In this document: piece after piece, positions 18,263 to 27,408 of the stretch
How positions within the stretch are numbered: position 1 is the stretch's first letter
Layout of the letters: each line of letters opens with the position of its first letter
Assembly: GCA_016194865.1 (NCBI GenBank)
Contig: JACQAT010000001.1
Location: forward strand, 81,657 to 145,656
Reading direction: 5' to 3'
Source: Chloroflexota bacterium
GTDB lineage: Bacteria > Chloroflexota > Limnocylindria > P2-11E
DNA: 64,000 nt
Made by a program: the position numbers and the translations under genes
Notes under the pieces: generated by a model
What the model was told of the DNA's origin: nothing
The model's input: only the letters and a program-made list of their open reading frames with translations
The model's database searches: none

Positions 18263-19675
18263 ATGACCAGGACGCTCATCACCGGCGGGACCATCGTGAC
18301 CGCGTCGGACACCTACAAGGCCGACGTGCTCGTCGACGGCGAGAAGGTCGCGATGATCGGCAAGGGCCTCAAGCCCGACGGCGCCAAGAAGCTCGACGCG
18401 GGCGGGATGTACGTGATCCCGGGCGGCATCGACGTGCACACGCACATGGAGCTGCCGTTCGGCGGCACGACCGCGTCCGATGACTTCGAGACGGGCACGC
18501 GCGCCGCGGCCTTCGGTGGGACGACGTCGATCGTCGATTTCGCGGTGCAGGGCTTCGGCGAGCCGCTGCGCAAGGCACAGGACCTGTGGCTGAAGAAGGC
18601 GCAGGGCAAGGCCGTCATCGACTACGGCTTGCACATGATCGTTCGCGACGTGAGCGACAAGGTCCTTCGTGAGATGGACACGCTCGTCCGCGACGGCATC
18701 AGCTCCTTCAAGCTCTTCATGGCCTATCCCGGCGTGTTCATGCTCGATGACGGCGCCATCTTCAAGGCCCTCGTGCGGACCGGCGAGAACGGTGGCCTCA
18801 TCTGCATGCACGCCGAGAACGGCGGTGTCATCGACGTGCTGGTGAAGAAGGCGCTCGCCGAGAAGAAGACCGCGCCGAAATGGCACGCGCTCACGCGTCC
18901 ACCCGAGGTCGAGGGCGAGGCGACAGGCCGCGCGTTCAAGCTCGCGGAGATGGCGGGCGGTGTGCCGCTGTACATCGTCCACCTGTCAGCCGCACAGGCG
19001 CTCGAGCAGGTGCGCCTGTTCCGCGATCGGGGGCTTCCTGCCTACGCCGAGACGTGCCCCCAGTACCTCTTCCTCTCCTATGACAACTACGAGGAGCCAG
19101 GCTTCGATGGCGCCAAGTACGTCATGTCGCCGCCGCTGCGCCCGAAGTGGCACCAGGACGAGCTGTGGAAGGGACTCGCGCGGAACGATCTCCAGGTCGT
19201 CTCGACGGACCACTGCCCGTTCTGCATGAAGGAAGGGTTCGCGGGCATGCCGAAACAGAAGGAGCTGGGGAAGGGCGACTTCTCGAAGATCCCCAATGGG
19301 GCGCCCGGCGTCGAGACGCGGATGGCCCTGATGTATGACGGTGGCGTGGTCGGCGGGCGCATCACCCTGAATCGTTGGATCGAGCTGACCTCGACGACGC
19401 CGGCGAAGATCATGGGGATGTTCCCGAGGAAGGGGACCGTCGCGGTCGGAAGCGATGCCGATCTCGTTTTGTGGGACCCGAAGGCCACCCAGGTGCTCTC
19501 GGCCAAGACCCACCACATGCGCGTCGACTACAACCCGTACGAGGGCCGCAAGGTCAGGGGCAGGGCGAGCGTGGTCCTCAGCCGCGGCGAGGTCATCGTC
19601 CAGGACGGGAAATTCCTCGGGAAGACCGGCCGAGGCCGGTTCGTCAAGCGCGGCGCGCCGGTCCTCCAGACCTGA
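18263..19675 (+). CDS. dihydropyrimidinase / D-hydantoinase (cyclic amidohydrolase)
   Basis: 470 aa; TLITGGTIV, metal-binding GGIDVHTHMELPFGGT and carboxylated-Lys region typical of hydantoinase/dihydropyrimidinase. Confidence 0.8.
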   Translation: MTRTLITGGTIVTASDTYKADVLVDGEKVAMIGKGLKPDGAKKLDAGGMYVIPGGIDVHTHMELPFGGTTASDDFETGTRAAAFGGTTSIVDFAVQGFGEPLRKAQDLWLKKAQGKAVIDYGLHMIVRDVSDKVLREMDTLVRDGISSFKLFMAYPGVFMLDDGAIFKALVRTGENGGLICMHAENGGVIDVLVKKALAEKKTAPKWHALTRPPEVEGEATGRAFKLAEMAGGVPLYIVHLSAAQALEQVRLFRDRGLPAYAETCPQYLFLSYDNYEEPGFDGAKYVMSPPLRPKWHQDELWKGLARNDLQVVSTDHCPFCMKEGFAGMPKQKELGKGDFSKIPNGAPGVETRMALMYDGGVVGGRITLNRWIELTSTTPAKIMGMFPRKGTVAVGSDADLVLWDPKATQVLSAKTHHMRVDYNPYEGRKVRGRASVVLSRGEVIVQDGKFLGKTGRGRFVKRGAPVLQT

Positions 19676-19690
19676 TCTGAGGCGATTTCC

Positions 19691-19727
19691 CGGTCCGCGG
19701 GTCCCATCGTCGAACCGACGGACCGGA
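19691..19727 (+). terminator. hairpin (8-bp stem CCGGTCCG/CGGACCGG) 3' of the dihydropyrimidinase gene; possible terminator
   Basis: Perfect inverted repeat separated by about 21 nt and followed by GGTTTCC; the U-tract is weak. Confidence 0.3.
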
Positions 19728-19844
19728 GGTTTCCGAAATGGATCGGTGTGACGCCGTACACGCCAAATGGCCGTATCTGCGACTGAATGGACACTCGGCG
19801 GGCAGCCGAGCGCGATAACTTCCCTCGGCGTGGGGAGGTATTAG

Positions 19845-20270
19845 ATGAAGAGGTGGCTGGCGTCCGCGGTCGCTGCGGTGATCCTGACCCTCGGTGTGGG
19901 TCTGCCTTCGGCAGCCGCGCCAGAATGGTGCGAGGTCGATCCGATCCTGCACTTCTCCGACGGGGGGACCGTTCGGCTCACGGCACAGTTCCGATCCGTC
20001 TACCTCACACCCTCGACCGTCGCCACCTTCGACGTGACCGTCGCGAAGGGCACGCATGTCAGCGTGACGATCCCCAAGGGGCTGGCGGTCCCTGAGAAGG
20101 TGAATATCATCAACAGCAGCTCGCAGGACGAGGGCACCGCGTCCGTCAACGTGACCGTCTCCGGCGGGAAGTTCCCGATCACCGTGATCCGTTCGGGTCC
20201 GGGCGATCAGTACACGGTCACGCACGGGCAGAGCACAGGTACGAGGTTGAGCTTCTCGACCGAGGAGTAG
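19845..20270 (+). CDS. small secreted protein (signal peptide), hypothetical
   Basis: MKRWLASAVAAVILTLGVGLPSAAAP signal peptide and GGAGG-like RBS (gggaggtattagATG). It sits in a lower-GC intergenic context. Confidence 0.5.
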   Translation: MKRWLASAVAAVILTLGVGLPSAAAPEWCEVDPILHFSDGGTVRLTAQFRSVYLTPSTVATFDVTVAKGTHVSVTIPKGLAVPEKVNIINSSSQDEGTASVNVTVSGGKFPITVIRSGPGDQYTVTHGQSTGTRLSFSTEE

Positions 20271-20273
20271 TCC

Positions 20274-21542
20274 GTGGCGAAGCTGCGCTGGCCACTCCGT
20301 CTCTATCTGGCGACCGTCATGGTCGCGGCGGCGCTGGCGCTGGCGGTCGCGTTCGTCGACACGCTCGAGCCGGTCTCGCCACTCCTCGTCGCCGTCGTGT
20401 TCGCGCTTGCCACCGCGGCGCAGGTCCGTTCCGTCCACGTGAGCCCGAAGATCAAGGTAAATGTCGGTGACACCGCGACATTCGCAGCGGCCCTGATCTT
20501 CAGCCCCTTCGTCGCGATCGCGATCGCGATCGTCTCGTCGCTCGCCGCGAAGGCGTTCGCGCGGTCGCAGGCGTCGTGGTATCAGCGCGCGTTCAACGCC
20601 GCGGTGCTGGGCCTCGGCACGGGCGCCGCCGCCGCGACGTTCAGCTCCCTCGGCGTCGACGGCCGCTCGGTCATGCGCAACCCGCTGGCCGCCGTCCTGG
20701 CGGCGATCGTCATGTATCTCGTGATGACGACCCTCATCGACGGCATGGTCGCGCTCCAGATGCGCCGCGACCCGATCTCGACCTGGTGGCCGCTCCACCG
20801 GCGCGACATCCCCCAGCACTCCGCTCTGTACGGTCTGGGCGCCCTCGCGGCCCTGTCCGTGGACGTGCAGCCCTGGGCGCTCGTGCTGTTCATCGTTCCC
20901 GCCGGCCTGGTGCTCATCGCGATCCGCGACGCCGCGCGCATGCGCGAGCAGACGCGTCAGGCGATCTACGACCTCGCGGACCTCGTCGACAAGCGCGATC
21001 CGTACACGCACGGTCACTCGCAGCGCGTCGCGCGGTACGCCGAGCGGCTCGCGAAGCGCATGAAGCTGTCCTCGGTACAGGTCGACCTCATCCGCGAGGC
21101 GGCGCGCATGCACGATGTCGGCAAGATCAGCACGCCGGACAACGTCCTCAACAAGCCGGGCCCGCTCACCCCGCACGAGCTCGTCGAGATGCATGCGCAC
21201 AGCGAGGACGGAGCGAAGCTCCTCGCCCGCCTGCCGGAGTTCTGGGAGGGGGCGGCGCTCGTCCGCGCGCATCACGAGCGGCTCGACGGCACCGGGTACC
21301 CGCGCGGCCTCGCTGGGAACGAGATCCCCGTCGAGGCGTACGTGATCGCGGTGGCCGACGCCTACGACGCGATGGCCACGGACCGCCCGTACCGCAGCGC
21401 GCTTGGCTGGCCGCAGATCCAGTCCGAGTTCGCGCGCGGTCGCGGCACGCAGTGGCGGGGCGACGTGGTCGACGCGATGGTCACGATGCTCCACGAAGAG
21501 CGCGCGCAGCCGACGGGGGAGCTCACCGCGGCGACGGCGTAG
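20274..21542 (+). CDS. membrane-anchored HD-GYP domain phosphodiesterase (c-di-GMP signalling)
   Basis: N-terminal multi-TM region, then an HD domain (HGHSQRVARYAERLA, HDVGKISTPD) and a GYP motif (HHERLDGTGYPRGL). Confidence 0.75.
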   Translation: MAKLRWPLRLYLATVMVAAALALAVAFVDTLEPVSPLLVAVVFALATAAQVRSVHVSPKIKVNVGDTATFAAALIFSPFVAIAIAIVSSLAAKAFARSQASWYQRAFNAAVLGLGTGAAAATFSSLGVDGRSVMRNPLAAVLAAIVMYLVMTTLIDGMVALQMRRDPISTWWPLHRRDIPQHSALYGLGALAALSVDVQPWALVLFIVPAGLVLIAIRDAARMREQTRQAIYDLADLVDKRDPYTHGHSQRVARYAERLAKRMKLSSVQVDLIREAARMHDVGKISTPDNVLNKPGPLTPHELVEMHAHSEDGAKLLARLPEFWEGAALVRAHHERLDGTGYPRGLAGNEIPVEAYVIAVADAYDAMATDRPYRSALGWPQIQSEFARGRGTQWRGDVVDAMVTMLHEERAQPTGELTAATA

Positions 21543-21548
21543 CCCGCG

Positions 21549-22487
21549 CTAGCCGATCAGCTCCAGCAGCTTCGGCTTCACCTCGCGCATGAGACGTTCG
21601 ATCGTCTCGTGGTCGTAGGGCGCGGAGATACCGAAGATGAAGCCGCGGGCGCCCGCGCGCCAGCGCTCGAGGAGGTGCTTCGCGACGCCATCGGGCGTCC
21701 CGCTGATGGTGACGTTCGGCGTCGCGGACTGGCGGTGGTGCGTGCGGAGCTCGTTGAGGCGGGCGTCGATCGCGCTCTGCGTGTCGCGGACGAGCGCGCT
21801 GCCACCCGTCGTCGGCAGGATGGCGGCGTAGTCGCGCTTCACGGTCTCGCAGTGGCGCTTGAGCACTTCGAGCTTGTGGGCGATCACGTCGGCCGTCCCG
21901 AAGCCGTGCCAGATGTCGGCGAAGCTCGCTGTGATCTTGAGCGTCACCTGCTCGCCGCCGCCGCCGATCATGATCGGCAGGCGCTTCTGGATCGGCTTCG
22001 GCTCGCAGGTGGCGTCGGTGATCGTGTAGTGCGTGCCGGCGAAGGTCGTTCTCGGCTGGTCGAGCAGCGAGCGGATGATCGGCACGGCCTCGCGCAGCTT
22101 CTGGAGGCGGATCGGCGCGGTGTCGAACGGGATGCCGTACATCTTGTGCTCGGCCTCGTGCCACGCGGCCCCGATGCCGAGGATGGCCCGGCCCTCGGTG
22201 ATGTGATCGAAGGTGGCCGCCATGTTCGCGAGCACCGCCGGATGCCGGTAGGTGTTCCCGGTCACGAGCATGCCGAGCTTCACGCGAGTCGTCGACGCGC
22301 CAAGGGCCGGAAGGATCTGCCAGCCCTCGAAGTTCGGACCCGTCGCGTCGCCGATCAGCGGAACGAAGTGGTCCCACGTGGTGAGCCAGTCGTAGCCGAG
22401 CTCATCGATGAGGCGAGCTGTTCCGCGGATCTCCGGCCAGGTCGTGTACTGCGGGTGCAGCTGGATGCCGAATCCGACGTTCATCAC
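21549..22487 (-). CDS. LLM-class F420-dependent oxidoreductase
   Basis: 312 aa; strongly similar in block structure to the 23946..24896 paralogue (TWDHFVPL, ILGIGAAWHEAEHKMYGIPF, IMIGGGGEQ). Confidence 0.75.
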   Translation of the reverse strand: MMNVGFGIQLHPQYTTWPEIRGTARLIDELGYDWLTTWDHFVPLIGDATGPNFEGWQILPALGASTTRVKLGMLVTGNTYRHPAVLANMAATFDHITEGRAILGIGAAWHEAEHKMYGIPFDTAPIRLQKLREAVPIIRSLLDQPRTTFAGTHYTITDATCEPKPIQKRLPIMIGGGGEQVTLKITASFADIWHGFGTADVIAHKLEVLKRHCETVKRDYAAILPTTGGSALVRDTQSAIDARLNELRTHHRQSATPNVTISGTPDGVAKHLLERWRAGARGFIFGISAPYDHETIERLMREVKPKLLELIG

Positions 22488-22605
22488 GATGAAGCGTAGA
22501 TGGTCACAGCACCGCCCGGCGGTGCCGTGACCATCCTGCTACGCCTGCGGCTACGTAGTAGGTCGCACGGGGCCGACCTCGCTCGCGGGGTATCCTTCAT
22601 CGCTC

Positions 22606-23949
22606 ATGGCCCTCAAGACCGCGGCCGATACCGCCCGCATCGCGCGCGACACGCGCGCCCACGTCCTCACGTCGTGGTCCGCGCAGGGCGCCGTCAGTCC
22701 GCTCGTCATCACCGGCGGCGAGGGCTGCTGGCTGCGTTCCGGAGAGCGGCGCGTGCTCGACTTCTCATCGACGCTCATCAACACGAATCTCGGCCACCAG
22801 CACCCGCGCGTCGTCCGCGCGATCCAGGAGCAGGCCGCGACGCTGACCTACGCGGCTCCCGCATTCACCGACGAGCCGCGCGCGACCCTCGCGCGACTGC
22901 TCGCGGAGGTCACGCCGGGCGATCTGGTCAAGACCGTGTTCACGACCGGCGGCAGCGAAGCCAACGAGCACGCCATCAAGATCGCCCGCATGGCCACCGG
23001 GCGGCACAAGATCCTCACGCAGTGGCGTTCGTTCCACGGTCAGACGCAGGGCGCGATGACGCTCGGCGGCGACAACCGGCGCTGGGCGCACGAGCCAGGC
23101 ATCTCGGGTGTCGTGCACTTCCTCAATCCCGACCCGTATCGCTCGGTGTTCGGCGACGACGTGCAGCAGGCGCTCGCGCACGTCGAGGAGGTGCTCTGGT
23201 ACGAGGGCCCGAAGCAGGTGGCGGCCATCATGCTCGAGCCCATCGTCGGCACCTCGGGCCTCCTCGTGCCACCTGACGGCTACCTGCAGGGCCTGCGGCG
23301 GCTGTGCGACACGCACGGCATCCTGCTGATCCTCGACGAGGTGATGACCGGATTCGGCCGGACCGGGCGCTGGTTCGGCGCGGACCACTGGGGCGTGGCG
23401 CCCGACATCATGACCTTCGCCAAGGGCGTGACCTCCGGGTATGTGCCCCTGGGCGGCGCGATCGTCAACGAGAAGCTCGCGAAGCACTTCGAGCAGAACG
23501 TGCTGTGGGTCGGCTCGACATACAGTGGCCACGCGCTCGCCTGCGCGGCGGGCGCGGTGGCCATCGAGGCGTACCGCGACGAGCATGTGATCGAGAACTC
23601 CGCGGCGATGGGCGAGCTGCTGCTGCGCGAGCTGAAGACCGTCGCCGTGCGGCACCCATCGGTCGGCGATGTCCGTGGTCGCGGCCTGTTCGTCGGCATC
23701 GAGCTCGTGAAGGACCGCGGCACGAAGGAGATGCTCGAGCGCTGGAACGGTCCGTCGAGCGCGCTGGCCAACGCGCTGAAGAACGCGCTCCTGGAGCGCG
23801 ACGTCTACATGTTCTGCCGCTGGAACGTCATGTTCGTCGCGCCGCCGCTGATCATCCGCGAGGACGAGCTGCGCATCGGCGTCAAGGCGATCGACGAGGT
23901 GCTCGAGATCGCGGATCGCTACGCGGAGACCGGGAAACTCGACACCTGA
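22606..23949 (+). CDS. class-III (omega) aminotransferase, possibly beta-alanine/omega-amino acid:pyruvate type
   Basis: 447 aa; the PLP-lysine block ILDEVMTGFGRTGRWFGADHWGVAPDIMTFAKG is the class-III signature. Confidence 0.8.
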   Translation: MALKTAADTARIARDTRAHVLTSWSAQGAVSPLVITGGEGCWLRSGERRVLDFSSTLINTNLGHQHPRVVRAIQEQAATLTYAAPAFTDEPRATLARLLAEVTPGDLVKTVFTTGGSEANEHAIKIARMATGRHKILTQWRSFHGQTQGAMTLGGDNRRWAHEPGISGVVHFLNPDPYRSVFGDDVQQALAHVEEVLWYEGPKQVAAIMLEPIVGTSGLLVPPDGYLQGLRRLCDTHGILLILDEVMTGFGRTGRWFGADHWGVAPDIMTFAKGVTSGYVPLGGAIVNEKLAKHFEQNVLWVGSTYSGHALACAAGAVAIEAYRDEHVIENSAAMGELLLRELKTVAVRHPSVGDVRGRGLFVGIELVKDRGTKEMLERWNGPSSALANALKNALLERDVYMFCRWNVMFVAPPLIIREDELRIGVKAIDEVLEIADRYAETGKLDT

Positions 23950-24896
23950 CGCGGCAGGCACCGCATCTCGGCATCAACCTGCCGGCGCAGCACACCACCT
24001 GGGACAAGCTCCGCGACACGGTCGCGCTCATCGACCGCAGCGGTCTGGATTCCGTGTGGACGTGGGATCACTTCGTCCCGCTCAGCGGTGACACCGACGG
24101 CCCGATGTTCGAGGCCTGGGAGTTGCTCGCGGCCTGGGGCGCGATCACCACGCGCGTGAAGATCGGCACGCTGGTGACCGGTGCGACCTACCGGAACCCT
24201 GCGCTGCTCGCGAAGATGGTCGCGACGCTCGACCACATCACGAAGGGACGCGCGATCCTCGGCCTTGGGGCGGCCTGGCACGAGGACGAGCACAAGATGT
24301 ACGGCATCCCGTTCCTCTCCACGGGCGGGCGCCTGGCGCGCCTCGCGGAGGCGTCAGAGGCGATCCGCATGCTCCTCGATCAGCCGTTCGCCACGCTCAA
24401 CGGGAAGTACGTGAAGCTGACGAACGCGCTCTGCGAGCCGAAGCCGGTCCAGGCGCGGCTCCCGCTGCTCATCGGCGGCGGCGGCGAGCGCAAGACGCTG
24501 CGCATCGTCGCGCGCTTCGCGGACTACTGGCACGGGCACGGCACCCCGGAGGTCATCGCGCACAAGCTCGAGGTGCTCAAGGCGCACTGCGCCGCCGTCG
24601 GGCGGGATATCAGCGAGATCACGCCGCTCACGACGACCCGTCCGAACATCGTGCTGCGCGACACGGTGGCCGAGGTGCGCGCCCACTGGAAGCAGGTGGC
24701 AGAGGCCGCGCGGATGACCGAGGTGCCCGAGCCGAACCCGATCCACACGGTCGATACGCTCGTCGAATTGCTCATCCGGTATTGGAAGGCCGGCGCGCGC
24801 GGGTTCCTGTTCTACTCGCAGGAGCCGTTCGACCACGAGACCATCACGCGCATCGCGGAGCAGGTACGGCCACGCCTGACGGAGGCCCTCCCGTGA
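23946..24896 (+). CDS. LLM-class F420-dependent oxidoreductase (start codon uncertain)
   Basis: The conserved N-terminus (HLGINLPAQHTTW...) begins immediately at the aminotransferase stop. No in-frame ATG or GTG is available there; the nearest candidate is CTG 23946, which overlaps the upstream TGA. Confidence 0.6.
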   Translation: MTRQAPHLGINLPAQHTTWDKLRDTVALIDRSGLDSVWTWDHFVPLSGDTDGPMFEAWELLAAWGAITTRVKIGTLVTGATYRNPALLAKMVATLDHITKGRAILGLGAAWHEDEHKMYGIPFLSTGGRLARLAEASEAIRMLLDQPFATLNGKYVKLTNALCEPKPVQARLPLLIGGGGERKTLRIVARFADYWHGHGTPEVIAHKLEVLKAHCAAVGRDISEITPLTTTRPNIVLRDTVAEVRAHWKQVAEAARMTEVPEPNPIHTVDTLVELLIRYWKAGARGFLFYSQEPFDHETITRIAEQVRPRLTEALP

Positions 24897-24948
24897 CCAC
24901 GATCGTCCGCGCGGCCACGCTCATCGACGGTGCAGCGCTGAGCGTCGT

Positions 24949-25962
24949 TCAGGCGGTGAGGGTCGGCTGGAGATCGCGGACGTGCGGGATGATGTCGCGC
25001 CCGTAGCGCTCGAGGATCTGCTCCTCGTCGCCGCTCATCAGGTAGATGTTGAACTGCGTCACGCCGGCCTTCGCGAGCGTGCGCAGCTTCTCGATGTGCT
25101 CGTCCACCTCGCCGATGACGCAGAAGCGGTCGACCGACTCGTCGTCCACGAACGCGGCATTCGCTGAGCCCGACTCCGCGTGGTGCTTGTAGTCGTAGCC
25201 GGGCCGCCCACGGACGTACGCCGTCAGGTCGGCCGGCAGCCCCTGCTCGCCGTAGCGCTTCACGAGGTCCACGACGTGGTTGCTCACGAGGGCGGGGAAC
25301 CAGCGCACGCGCTCGCGCACGTCCGCGCGCTTCCCCACATGCGCCGGGGCGGCCGCCATGACGCGCAGCGCACCAGGATCGCGGCCCGCGGCGCGCGCGC
25401 CCTCGCGGAGCAGTCCGACGCACCACGCGACGAGGCCAGGGTCGGCGAGCTGGATGATCGCGCCGTCGGCGACGCGGCCGGTGAGGGCGAGGGCCCTCGG
25501 TCCGTAGCCCGCGATCCACATCGGCAGCGCGTGGGGCTCGACCCAGTCGAGATGGAGCTTGGTGCCTTCGTACTCGATCGGCCGGCCCTCGCACAGCTCC
25601 CTGATGACAAGCGCGGCCTGCTCGAGGTCGACGAGCGTCATCGGGCGCTTGCCGAGCACGCGGCGCGCCGAGTCACCGCGCCCGATCCCCAGGTCCATGC
25701 GGCCCTTCGAGAGGATCTGCAGCACGGCGAGGGCGCTCGCGGTGACGCTGGGCTCGCGCGTGGCCGGGTTGGTGACGCAGGTGCCGAGGCGCATGCGCTC
25801 GGTGTTCTGCGCCATGAGCGTGAGCAGCGTGTACGGCTCCTTCCACAACACGTGGCTGTCGAAAAGCCAGCCGTACGTGAAGCCACTCCGCTCCGCGAGC
25901 TTCGTCAGGCTGACGATGCGCTCGAGCGAGTGGTCGGGCTTGAGGGTGAAGCCGAATTCCAT
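24949..25962 (-). CDS. LLM-class F420-dependent oxidoreductase
   Basis: ATG 25962 (MEFGFTLKPDHS...); the track ORF upstream of this is an Arg/Ser-rich artefact. Luciferase-like blocks are present (GFTYGWLFDSHVLW, RMDLGIGRGD). Confidence 0.7.
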   Translation of the reverse strand: MEFGFTLKPDHSLERIVSLTKLAERSGFTYGWLFDSHVLWKEPYTLLTLMAQNTERMRLGTCVTNPATREPSVTASALAVLQILSKGRMDLGIGRGDSARRVLGKRPMTLVDLEQAALVIRELCEGRPIEYEGTKLHLDWVEPHALPMWIAGYGPRALALTGRVADGAIIQLADPGLVAWCVGLLREGARAAGRDPGALRVMAAAPAHVGKRADVRERVRWFPALVSNHVVDLVKRYGEQGLPADLTAYVRGRPGYDYKHHAESGSANAAFVDDESVDRFCVIGEVDEHIEKLRTLAKAGVTQFNIYLMSGDEEQILERYGRDIIPHVRDLQPTLTA

Positions 25963-25987
25963 GAGGACGGGAGTGTACGGAGCGGCG

Positions 25988-26521
25988 CTAGCCGCTCGCG
26001 TCCCAGCGCGTTCGCCGCTCGACGGCCACGCGCACGATCGGGCGGCCGGCGAGGGAGCCGTCCTGGTACTGCGGATATTTGACCGCCAGCAGCTCGGCCG
26101 CGCGATCGCGCTCGTCCCCCGACTCGAGGATCGTCGCGATCCCGTCGAGGCGCACCCACGCGAGGCGCGTCCAGTCCTCGTCCCAGCGGTCGACGAGGAC
26201 GCTCGCGCGCCCGTTCGTCTCGATGTTGCGGACGCGCTGGAGCGCGTGCCAGTCATCGTCACGCTTCGGCTTCCGGTCCAAGGGCGTATAGAGCACGTCG
26301 CTCCCGCTCATCACGTACACGATGGGGACGACGTGCGGGCGCGCGTATTGGTCGGACGTCGCGAGGTGCGCGACGCGAGCGCCGTCTAGGAGCTCGTCCG
26401 CAGCCGAGGAATGACCTCCGTCGAGAACTGGCGCAGCGAGCGCTCCTGGTCGCGTCCCGGGAAGTGGAAGACCAGATGCCCGAAGCCGAGGTCCAGGTAC
26501 GGCCGCAGCTGCGCGACGCAC
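25988..26521 (-). CDS. PPOX-class F420-dependent (pyridoxamine 5'-phosphate oxidase family) enzyme; start uncertain
   Basis: The core ELLDGARVAHLATSDQYARPHVVPIVYV...LAWVRLDG matches the F420-binding PNPOx-like split barrel. The track M1 overlaps the fgd 3' end by 135 nt, so the true start is probably further in. Confidence 0.55.
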   Translation of the reverse strand: MRRAAAAVPGPRLRASGLPLPGTRPGALAAPVLDGGHSSAADELLDGARVAHLATSDQYARPHVVPIVYVMSGSDVLYTPLDRKPKRDDDWHALQRVRNIETNGRASVLVDRWDEDWTRLAWVRLDGIATILESGDERDRAAELLAVKYPQYQDGSLAGRPIVRVAVERRTRWDASG

Positions 26522-27393
26522 TCCGCGGGATCGTTCGTGACGATGAAGCGCGTGTGCGCCTTGTCGGCGCCGGCGACCGAGCGGCGCTCCATCTCACGCG
26601 GGTCCTCGACGCCGGCCTTGTCCTCCGCGGGCAGCGCCAGCGCCGCCCACTCCCGCGTGTCGGCGAGCGCGCGGTCGCGATCCGCGTCGAACGAGACCTT
26701 GATCTCGATCATCAGCTCGAGCGCGGCCGGATCCTTCTTCGCCTTGGCCGCGCCCTTGCGGAAATTCGGCAGCAGCGTCTCGGTGTAGAGCGCCATCCCC
26801 TTGCCGCTCGTCACGATGAGCCCGTCGCCGTCCTGCCCCGCGTACTCGGCCGCCTTCGGGCCCGACGCGGCGAAGAGGATCGGCAGCGCGCCGTCCGGCT
26901 TGTCGAAGATCTTCGCGGCGCGCGTCTTGTAGAAGGTGCCCTCGAACGTGACGTAGTTCTCTGTCCAGAGACGGCGGATGAGCGTGACCGCCTCGCGCAG
27001 ACGCGCCAGCCGCTCGCCCGGCGCCGGCCACTCGCCGGCGGTGACGGGCGTCTCGTTCATCGACTCGCCGCTGCCCACGCCGAGGAACACGCGCCCCGGG
27101 AAGAGCGACCCGAGCGTCGCGAAGGCCTGCGCGACGACCGCGGGGTGATAGCGGAACGTCGGCGTCACCACGCTGGTCCCGATGCGGACGCGCTTCGTGG
27201 CCTGGCCGAGCGCGCCGAGCCATGCGAACGAGAACGGCGCGTGCCCGTCGGTGTCCTTCCAGGGGTGGAAGTGGTCGCTCACCACGACGCTGTCGAACCC
27301 GAGCTCCTCGGCGAGGAGCCCGTAGCGCAGCAGCTCGCGTGGCGCGAACTGCTCCGCGGATGCCTTGTAGCCGAGCGTCAGCACTCCGTTCAT
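26386..27393 (-). CDS. fgd: F420-dependent glucose-6-phosphate dehydrogenase
   Basis: 335 aa; matches to mycobacterial Fgd1 (recalled from memory, not aligned) include LGYKASAEQFAPRELL, VSDHFHPW, GHAPFS, LGTSVVTPTFRYHPAVVAQAFATLG, VFLGVGSGE and HLVFHFPG. Confidence 0.8.
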   Translation of the reverse strand: MNGVLTLGYKASAEQFAPRELLRYGLLAEELGFDSVVVSDHFHPWKDTDGHAPFSFAWLGALGQATKRVRIGTSVVTPTFRYHPAVVAQAFATLGSLFPGRVFLGVGSGESMNETPVTAGEWPAPGERLARLREAVTLIRRLWTENYVTFEGTFYKTRAAKIFDKPDGALPILFAASGPKAAEYAGQDGDGLIVTSGKGMALYTETLLPNFRKGAAKAKKDPAALELMIEIKVSFDADRDRALADTREWAALALPAEDKAGVEDPREMERRSVAGADKAHTRFIVTNDPAECVAQLRPYLDLGFGHLVFHFPGRDQERSLRQFSTEVIPRLRTSS

Positions 27394-27408
27394 CCTACTG
27401 TCCTACGC

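Noticed and set aside
26386-26521. Using M1 of the PPOX-class gene (start at 26521)
   Set aside because: It would overlap the 3' end of fgd by 135 nt in another frame. An internal non-ATG start is more plausible, so the start is left flagged as uncertain rather than asserted.
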